Shown: positions 55,365 through 64,000 of the stretch, piece after piece | How the letters are laid out: each line of letters opens with the position of its first letter | How positions within the stretch are numbered: the first letter of the stretch is position 1 | From: Octopus vulgaris | Taxonomy: Eukaryota | Direction of reading: 5' to 3' | DNA length: 64,000 bases | NCBI GenBank assembly: GCA_951406725.2 | Contig: OX597814.1 | Location: forward strand, 188,604,001 to 188,668,000 | Notes under the pieces: model-generated | Seen by the model: only the letters and a program-made list of their open reading frames with translations | What the model was told of the DNA's origin: nothing | Database searches by the model: none | Program-made: the position numbers and the translations under genes

Positions 55365-55770
55365 TATTATTCTTTCTATTTTGGCACAAAGCTATCAATT
55401 TTGAGGGAGGGGGGAAATCGATCAGATCGAACCTAATACTTGGATGGTACTTTATTTTATCGACCTCGGTGTGATGTGAAATTAGAACGTAAGAAGCTGG
55501 AAGAAATATACTAAAAAGCATTTTGTCCGACATGCTTATGATTTAGTAAGCCCGCCGCCTTAATAACAATAGCAATTTTTCTACAAGTGGCAAGAGGCCT
55601 GAAATTTTGGGGTCGTAGATTAGTCGATTGCATCAACCCCGGCGCTCAACTGATACTTATTTTTTCGACCCTGCTAACTTTGCCTTTCATCCTTTCAGAA
55701 CGCAAAACCTTAAGAAATATTGCTAAGCATTTTGTTCGACATACAAAAAATTATGTCAGCTAGCTGCTTT
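55365..55770 (-). mobile_element. Two degenerate SINE B copies
   Basis: Diverged consensus matches. Confidence 0.65.
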
Positions 55771-55797
55771 AATAACGATGATGATGATGATGATGAT

Positions 55798-56010
55798 GAG
55801 AGGACTCGGAGAGCACAAACTTCCACCAAGGCAATCCCAATGTCATCTCAATGATTAGCCATGGATGATTTTTATAATGACAATATCTGAAATAAACTCG
55901 ACTGCTCTCACGAACGAGAATACTAAAAATGAACACGACTGCTCTCAAAAATTAAGTAAAAACACCGGGAAAATAATCCAGAATCCTTGTCCGATACCTG
56001 ATCGATCCCA
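55798..56010 (-). mobile_element. Helentron-associated (DINE-1/HINE-like) element fragment
   Basis: gaggactcggagagcacaaacttccaccaagg end; shares aaataatccagaat..gatcgatcc with 57024-57060. Confidence 0.55.
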
Positions 56011-56315
56011 ATGGTAGTCACGAAATGTGAAGATAGCTGTAGAATATTTAATAACAGTAATAAATAGTTTATCCTTATCTAATACAAGCCAAAGTTAACA
56101 CATTCACCATCCAGAATAGTTTCAAATGTGGAGGTAATAATAGTAAGTTCTACTCAGGAATTTTAAAATGAATAACATGAGATCTTTTGGTTTTCTCTTC
56201 TCTTAAATTCCGGCCTTCTTTTAGTATGCCTGTTGTTTTATGATCGATGATTAGATGTATGTATATATGTGAGTAAACTGTAAAGTGTTAATATGTATGT
56301 ATGATAAATAAAATA

Positions 56316-56829
56316 TCTATATATATAAAACTGTAGTTGTGTGAGTGTCTGTCCCCTTCGATTTAGATTCCTAACTACTCCCACATTTTGCAGTGCAGTT
56401 TAACCAAATTCGGATATCTTATAGTCGTGATTCATATCGAGCCCGTCTGAGTATTAGCGCGCGTCTACGATGAGTCTACGATTTTAAAAATAATTTAACA
56501 TAATTTTTTATTCCATTTTAATGCATAATTTTTCGTGTGTCGATGGCGGCGGAGTTGGCGTCCATGGTCACACCTGCACCTGTTTGCTTCTCCGCCTTCT
56601 TCCCTCCCTCGTGAAGCTGTGGGGAAGGGAGTGTAAAGGAAATCAACGTCGTAAAGCGTTGTCAAGGAGACCAGCGTTCTTTTAGAACAACGACTTCATG
56701 GCTTGAAGACACCAAAACAGAAATGGCTAAGAAAGCCCGAATTGGCATCTATAAGGGAAGTAACTCTCTAAAAATGCTTATATAGTTATTTCCCTTACAA
56801 ACCCGAGCAACGCCGGGCGATACTGCTAG
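56316..56829 (+). mobile_element. Non-autonomous Helitron, complete
   Basis: A then TC 5' start, 3' hairpin cccg/cggg and CTAG then T, no TSD; second copy at 14810-15322. Confidence 0.9.
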
Positions 56830-57023
56830 TATGTTATAAATATATGTTTGTGTTATTTAATTTCTGAACGGTTTTGACGCTGTTTGTTTATGTAGTGTGA
56901 ATTCTTTATCCATCAGTTTCTACCAAGTTAGAGACGAGAGTAAAATAAAACCTTGGAAATAGCCTAAACTGAGAAAGACTTCAAAGTGAACGTAAGATCG
57001 TAATCATGTAAAGTAAATATAAC

Positions 57024-57212
57024 AAATAATCCAGAATTCTTGTCCGGTACTGGATCGATCCAAAAATCTAATCAGTTCGTGCCAATTACGAGGTCAAACA
57101 TCCCTGAAAGTTTCGTCCGAATCCATCCAGCGGTTCTTGAGATATCTTGTCCACGGACAAACAAACAAACACGACTGAAAGCAATACCTCCGCCTTCACT
57201 AAGGCGGAGATA
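57024..57212 (-). mobile_element. Helentron-associated (DINE-1/HINE-like) element fragment
   Basis: Terminal palindrome ctccgcctt-cact-aaggcggag, (TTTG)n, then gatatctcaagaaccgctggatggattcggacgaaacttt. Confidence 0.65.
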
Positions 57213-57213
57213 C

Positions 57214-57275
<62 letters not shown>

Positions 57276-57276
<1 letters not shown>

Positions 57277-57666
57277 TCATTCTTTTATTAGCCACAAGGG
57301 CTCACTTAAAGGACATGCAACAACATCAAAGACAAAAATGGGACGATGCAATGGGTTTTCCGCGTGTAAACAATATAAATAACAATTAAAATTGAATGAA
57401 TAAAAATTCCCAATAGGAGAAGCGCTTTAGAGTCCTCGTGGAAAAATCTACAAAAGCCATGGGTGTTTGATCAACAGGGCAAAATCCCTTCTTTTATTTC
57501 TCACAGGTGTATACTTAGAATTGATACTTTCACACCAGCCATTCTTCCAATGTTCATCCGCCTATCAACAAACTTGCTAGAAGGCAACACTTCTCTCTCG
57601 ACCCTCAAATTCCTTTTCAAGTCAAAAGTTGATGATGGCTTGGCCAAAGAGAACAGTGTCTGTATT

Positions 57667-57667
<1 letters not shown>
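57276..57667 (-). mobile_element. LINE 3' fragment (L1/Tx1-like) between (TAA)n tracts
   Basis: ORF end KRNLRVEREVLPSSKFVDR, 3' UTR ending agcccttgtggctaataaaagaa; clade assignment tentative. Confidence 0.55.
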
Positions 57668-57734
<67 letters not shown>

Positions 57735-58143
57735 CCTATAATCTCTGTTCCGTGAGTTGAAACAATCCTCTTTCTCTCCATTGATCATAAATGCGTTGTC
57801 GGTAGCCCCTAATACGAGCACCATTTTCGTCTACAGGGTTGCTGAGGTAGTAACACTCCATGACCACAGCATTGACTTGTTTGTGCCATCTACACCATGT
57901 ATGCTGGTCCATTGCTGGATAACGACAGGCTGGAGTCGGACCAGTATATCTGAGCCTGCCGGGTGCAACAATGTCACTATCTAGGGCTTCAGTTTCATTA
58001 CCACCGTTATTCACAATATTTTGTGTTTTCATTGTCACTCATATGAAGTAGCAATTATCAGGTTGCGCAATTACCAGTGTTTTTATTGTGACACCATCAC
58101 TAGATGTATCATCGATTAGGACATGGGGAGATTCCAACCGCTT
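57735..58143 (-). mobile_element. Inverted 5' segment of Dong/R4 LINE
   Basis: W..VNAVVMECYYLSNP..RGYRQR..W..RGLFQLTEQRL continues as RQVRAIRK..WFTEAELEAIK on the plus strand. Confidence 0.8.
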
Positions 58144-60397
58144 TCAGAGATTATATAGACAAGTTAGAGCAATAAGAAAAAAAACGTTGGTTCACAGAAG
58201 CAGAGCTCGAAGCTATCAAAAGACGGATATTGGAAAGCAGCAGCAGAAGAAACGATGAAAATAAAGCTCTTACTGATAAAAGTAATCTTATAGCAGAAAA
58301 CAGAGGTGAGATCTCTAATAAACGAAAAGAAAAGAACAGTGATAGCTTGCTCGATGAGAGATATACAGATGGTCTGGAAGAAGACAAGAAATTTAATGGT
58401 GACGTGACAGATGGGCAAAAGGCAATCTACGACAGAATAAAGGAAAGGCGACAGATCGATAGCGACATTATTTGCAACCTTAAAAAGGCTGATCGGTGGA
58501 AATTGAACCAAGAGACGAAAAATGTGAATGAAATTGTGAAATACATCACAACAAAAACCACAGAAACAAATAATTTGATCAAGGCAGCAAGTATTACTGT
58601 AGCAGAAAATGTGGGTGTTGATGTCAAGAAAAAGAAATATAATGGGAGTGACAAAAGAAAAGATCCATGGTAGAAAAGAAGAATTTAGTTATGCTCTCGA
58701 AGGACATATCTCTGTTAGACCGAAAAGAGAAGGGTGAGCTTAAAAGCGAACAAAAATACAGAGCATTGAACGGGAAGTATGATATTGAAAGAAAGGGCCT
58801 GAAAGTGATAATGGAGGAACTGAAACAGTGCCTCGGTGCAAAAGAAGAAAAAAAAGATGGTAAGATATGACCAAAGAATGAAAGGATACCAGCAGAATAG
58901 GTTATTCAGAGATCAGAAGAGATTCTACAAAGAAATAAATGGAGGATGTACAGATGAAAAGTTGGTACTAGATAACATTGAAAGTCAAAGGTTTAGGAGT
59001 GACATCTGGAGCAAAGATAAGGAGCACAAGAAGGATGCTGAATGGTTGCAAGAACTGAAACAAACAGTAGTTTGTCATTTCAGTGAGGGAAGTGAAGGAA
59101 ATAAATGGGCAACTGGAGGGCGCCGGGACCAGATGGAGTTCAAGGCTACTGGATCAAAAGATTTGGTGAATGTCATGCACGAATAGCTGCACAACTCAAC
59201 ACATTGTTAAATGCCAACCAAGTAACACCAGAGTGGTTGACAATGGGTAGGACAATGCTGTGCTTGAAAAACACGGAACAAGGCAACACGGTTGACAATT
59301 ACAGACCGATATTCTGCTTGCCACTGGAAAATGGAGGCGCGTGGCTTAATAGTTAGGGTGTTAGACTCATGATTGTAAGCGTGTGGTTTCGATTCCTGGA
59401 CCGAGTGATGCGTTGTGTTCTTGAGCAAAACACTTCATTTCACGTTGCTCCAGTCCACTCAGCTGGCAAAAATGAGTAATCCTGCAACGGTCCAGGTGAG
59501 AGAATTTATACGCCACCGAAACCGGGAAACGGGACCTTATGAGCCTGGCACGGCTCCAGAAGGAAACACACTTATGTGGAAATTATTGACTGGAATAGTC
59601 GTAGAGTGAATGTACGGACATCTGGAGAAAATGGAATCCTGCCACATGAGTGCAGAGGTACCAAGGATCAACTCCTTGTAGACAAAACTACTGTAATTAG
59701 AGACTGCAAGGCGAGGAAAACTATCTTAACCACGTCATGGATCGATTATCACAAGCCATACGATATGATCACACATTTTGGGATCATGGAATGTCTGAAC
59801 CTATTTGGTATTGCATCGAATGTTGAGCGATTGCTTGAAAAAAAGTATGGCGAAGTGGAGCACGGAACTGACAGCATATGGAAGACGTTTAGGGACAATA
59901 GAAATCAGGATAGACATCTTCCAAGGGGACTGCTTATTCCCACTGATCTTTGTACTGTGCATGATACCACTAGCACTGGTTCTGAGGGAAGCAAAGAATG
60001 GGTATGTATTCAAAAGCCGCCAACAAAAAGTCAACCACTTGTTATTCATGGATGACCTCAAACTTTATGGTAAGGATAGATCTCAAGTCAGTTTCTTCGT
60101 TGATACGGTGTATACTTTCAATGCTGATGTCAGAATGGTGTTCGGACTGAAAAAAGAGTGGTGTGTTAGATTTGAAGAGAGGCAAAATTAAATGTATGGA
60201 CGGGATAGCGATACCGTCGTGGGAGGTTATGTAGCAAATAATACTATAAGTACTCGGGGATATTGGAAATGGATAAATTGATAGAGAAAGAAACGACAGA
60301 AAGTTTTAAGGTGGAGTACTTGCGCAGACTGAGACTGATCCTTAAGTCGATATTAAACGAACGAAATAAGATTTAAGCTATCAACACCTGGGCGGTT
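58144..60397 (+). mobile_element. Dong/R4-clade LINE, degraded RT pseudogene
   Basis: [62 protein letters not shown], YKYxG, INTWAV; many frameshifts. Confidence 0.88.
59333..59570 (+). mobile_element. SINE family C nested in the Dong/R4 LINE
   Basis: Interrupts the CLP..MWKLL motif. Confidence 0.88.
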
Positions 60398-60854
60398 TCT
60401 CTCTATGTGGTCCTTGGTCTGTTCGAAATGAGAGCAAAAATATTCTTGAAATCACCTCCACATTGACTTGAAAATAAGAAAAAAAAGAGACTTTAAAAAA
60501 AGGCGCAAGATAGCCACGACTAGAAATATTGAGGTCTCAAATCTGCTTGAACAGTGTTGACCAGGGACTCCTCTTCCTGCTCTCCTGTTCCCCTTCCTCC
60601 TTCCTTCCACCCATCCTCCCTTCCTCTACTTCCCCTTCTCTTTCCTTCCTTCCTTCCTTCTTCTCTCCCTCACTATCAACATCATCGCGGACGTCACGCG
60701 AGCGCAGCTGCCACCCTGATTATCGTTGTTATCATCATCATCAACATCACCACATCATGATCATGATCAGCATTAACAACACCCTCATCACTATGACTTT
60801 CTCTAATGCTACCGATTGACGTTGTCCTCCTAGTCCTCCTCGTCACGGCGACGA

Positions 60855-60907
60855 CCACCACCACCACCATCACCACCACCATCATCATCATCATCATCAT
60901 CATCATT

Positions 60908-60960
<53 letters not shown>

Positions 60961-60985
60961 TATCATCGTCGTCGTCGTCGTCATG
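60855..60985. repeat. (CAC)n, (CAT)n and (CGT)n trinucleotide repeats
   Basis: Seen directly. Confidence 0.95.
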
Positions 60986-61104
60986 CATCTTTATACATTC
61001 CTCCGCCACCCAATTATCCATCATGCTACTTTCCTTACTCCTCTCTTTGATCTTTCTGAATTTCTAGCCCCAATTTGTCCACAGAAAACAATTTGAAGTT
61101 AATA

Positions 61105-61430
61105 TTTTGCTGGTAAATGTGAAATGGCAGCAACATATGATAAAACGACTGTCTTTATGGAGACCCTGCCTAAAGTTAGCGTGAAAATGAATCAAAGGCG
61201 GCTGCGACTATCCGGTCACTGCGTGCACCATTCTCTGAAATGGAAACGTCCAAATTAGTCTTGCGGAACTCACATTATCGTGATGTAAGAGGGAGAAGTC
61301 GTTACTCTTACATCGACTCCTTGATCGCAGTGACTGGCCTGAAATGTATCCTGGGCCTCAAGGCAGTGATAGTGGACTGAGAAGTGTGGCGGATGGACTT
61401 AGTTGCTGCAGCTCGAATTGGAACCCTGTC
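61105..61430 (+). mobile_element. RTE-clade LINE C-terminal fragment
   Basis: LYG.LPKVS..QRRLRLSGHC..SKLVL..RGR..YIDSL..VWR across frameshifts. Confidence 0.7.
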
Positions 61431-61455
61431 ATAATAAAAAGAGAAAACTGTAGGC

Positions 61456-62385
61456 CAGGGGTGGGCGAACTTTTTTGATCGCGGGCCGCACAGTGCGTCT
61501 TTGCAACCTTGGCGGGCCTCATTTATAAAAATCAAGTGAAAATATTTTTGAAGGCGGTTATAGACCTATAAACACACAATTGATTGAAAGGAAATTTTGT
61601 GAAATATTCCTGGTTTAAGTGATTTAATTTATTTTTTAGAGTATCGGGTTCATGTTTTTCGGTTATTTGCTCCTATAGTTGAAATTATTACAGGAACCTC
61701 GGTTATTTTGGACAGCCTGTTATTGCTTACAAATTGCCAGGAACGGAATTTTCCAAGTAAAATCTGCACTAATTGTGGACAACCATGATGAATATTATAC
61801 TTAAATTCTAGGATACCCAAAATAAAAGATTTTAAAGAGAAATAACAGTTTATTAATATGAATTGATATCTGAAATTAGAAACGTCACCTGAAGCATTTA
61901 TTTGAAAAACAAAGCGGCTCTGTAAATAACAATATCAATGAGAATGATGCAGCTGTCTACTGTCATTTACCAGTTTGTCAAAATTAGGTGTCAAGTTGCT
62001 TGTGCTGATTCTTAACACTGACTGAAGATTTGAGTCTGTGAGAAGTGATCGATTCTTGCCCTTGTTAATTTTCATGATGGAGAAAGTCTGCTCACATATG
62101 TAAGTTGATGCAAACAACACAAACATCTTTCTTGCACAATGTGTTTTATTATGATGTCATGGGAATATTTCTCGAAATTTTTCATCGTTTCACAGTAGCT
62201 GAAACAAACAAACAGCGGACAATTTTGTGAAGGCGCGAAACAGTGAACTGAAATAAAATGCAAACTATTGTGAATTACCGTACAACTGAAACAGTCACGA
62301 AGTATCTGCATAGACGTTGGGATTCATAAAAGCTCTCGGCGGGCCGCATGAAAACCTATGGCGGGCCGTAGTTTGCCCACCCCTG
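61456..62385 (-). mobile_element. hAT (Buster/Charlie/SPIN-like) deletion derivative
   Basis: TIRs caggggtgggcgaact and agtttgcccacccctg; 8 bp TSD ctgtaggc; dimerisation-domain remnant FASTYICEQTFS.MK..RS.LTD..L at 61935-62126. Confidence 0.93.
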
Positions 62386-62389
62386 CTGT

Positions 62390-62797
62390 AGGCGTAGGAG
62401 TGGCTGTGTGGTAAGTAGCTTGCTTACCAGCCACATGGTTCCAGGTTCAGTCCCACTGCGTGGCACCTTGGGTAAGTGTCTTCTACTATAGCCTCGGGCC
62501 AACCAAAGCCTTGTGAGTGGATTTGGTAGACGGAAACTGAAAGAAGCCCGTCGTATATATGTATTTGTATATATATATATATGTGTGTGTGTGTGTCTGT
62601 GTTTGTGTGTCTGTGTTTGTCCCCCCAACATCGCTTGACAACCGATGCTGGTGTGTTTACGTCCCCGAAAGAGACCGAAAGAATAAGTACTAGGCTTCCA
62701 AAGAATAAGTCCTGGGGTCGATTTTCTCGACTAAAGGCGGTGCTCCAGCATGGCTACAGTCACATGACTGAAACAAGTAAAAGAGTAAAGAGTAAAG
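62390..62797 (+). mobile_element. SINE family A
   Basis: Consensus match. Confidence 0.92.
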
Positions 62798-63000
62798 AGA
62801 GAGTTTGCTTTTCTGACAGAATCCAGCATGTGCTTCTTATATTTTCATCACGAAGATAAGAAACAAGTTTTCATTGAACCCATGGCGATTACCGACTGTC
62901 ACTGTTGTCTCAGAATTATTATTTTTTTTACTTATACGCCCTTTTCAAGCCTAGCCAGGCTCATGGGCCCGGTTTCCCGGTTTCTATGGCGATGCCAGTC

Positions 63001-63445
63001 AGTTCAATTCAATTCAATTCAATTCAATTTTTATTGGCTCTAAAAGCAAAAGTAAGGCCATGTAGGGAGACAGGGAGTTATGTACAGGGAGGGTGGTCAT
63101 ACAAAGAGTTCAGGCCATTTCTGGTCAAGAGAGACTTTGAACCGAGCGGTCGTCGGCATCTTCACTATCTCGTCCGGTAGCTTATTCCACGGATCCGCAA
63201 CCCGGACGGAGAAAGCCCCTCTCCTTCGACTGAGATGAAATCGTCATAGATAGAGCTTTTCGGAGTGACCCCGCAGCCCACGCTCTGAAGCATGAATGAA
63301 GAACAGCTCTTTCGTGAGGTTACACTTTCCGCTTATGATGTTGTGAGCGAGAATGAAATCACCACGGCGTCGTCGTTTTTCGAGAGAATAAAGGTCGAGC
63401 GTCTTCAGCCTTTCTTCATATGACAAATGCTTGAGACCAAGCATT
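63001..63445 (-). mobile_element. CR1-clade LINE 3' fragment nested in a SINE C-type tail
   Basis: LSYEERL..LDLYSLEKRRRRGD, RGHS.KL, FSVRV..WNKLP; (TTGAA)n tail; SINE tail at 62930-63000 resumes at 63447. Confidence 0.88.
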
Positions 63446-63749
63446 GAGTCCATTGCAGCGTTACTCAAAAAACAGGAAGAAAGAGTGTGCTTTTACTGTT
63501 TGCAAGGCAAGATGCATCAACAAAAATATAGAATGGCAATGAGTTCTCACTTAGCGACAACGTTTGCAAACTCACACAGTGGAAAACAAAATGGTACCTA
63601 AGCGTGTGTATATGATGTACACCAAAAGTGTCGGTGATATACGTAGGGGGAACATTGGGAATAGTCAGTATACTAAGGAATGACTGAGACAACAAACCTG
63701 AACTAAAATTCAACATCCGAAACACAAACAGTATACACATAGCTCTTTA

Positions 63750-64000
63750 TTTTTTTTTATGCGCCGTTTTCAAACCAAGCCAGGCTCATGGGCCTGGTTT
63801 CCCGGTTTCTATGGCGTATGTGTTCCCTCCAGCTGGACGGAACGCCAGTTCATCGCAGTATTACTCAAGAAACAGGAAAAAAGAGTGAGAGAAAGTTGGG
63901 GCGAAAGAGTACAATAGGGATCGCTGCTAGATGTTGCTACACATCGCTGGTCAAAATGCGCTTCGCATTGTTTTAGCCTTCAAATGACGCCACCCTGCTG
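63750..64000 (-). mobile_element. SINE C/D composite, runs off window edge
   Basis: V-like tail plus D body segments. Confidence 0.75.

Overview
AT-rich, repeat-saturated animal genomic DNA; the SINE, LINE and microsatellite content suggests an octopus or other coleoid cephalopod (inference). No host protein-coding gene can be supported: nearly all ORF-track entries are translated microsatellites or SINEs. The window holds four tRNA-derived SINE families (here called A to D, some in tandem arrays), three CR1 LINE remnants, a Dong/R4 LINE with an inverted 5' segment, RTE and L1/Tx1-like fragments, non-autonomous Helitrons, a hAT element with TIRs and TSD, Tc2/pogo-like MITEs, and a truncated Penelope-like element (RT plus GIY-YIG) with a 1 kb inverted pseudo-LTR. 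The most interesting hidden layer is a dispersed set of minimal type I hammerhead ribozyme (HHR) motifs. Four have a canonical core, and several are variant or decayed; many sit beside (TA)n tracts. Related features are fold-back hairpins in (TA)n centred on HHR stems, and an unidentified 540 bp direct repeat that folds into a long rod tipped by an atypical hammerhead. All folds were read by eye and SINE boundaries are approximate.
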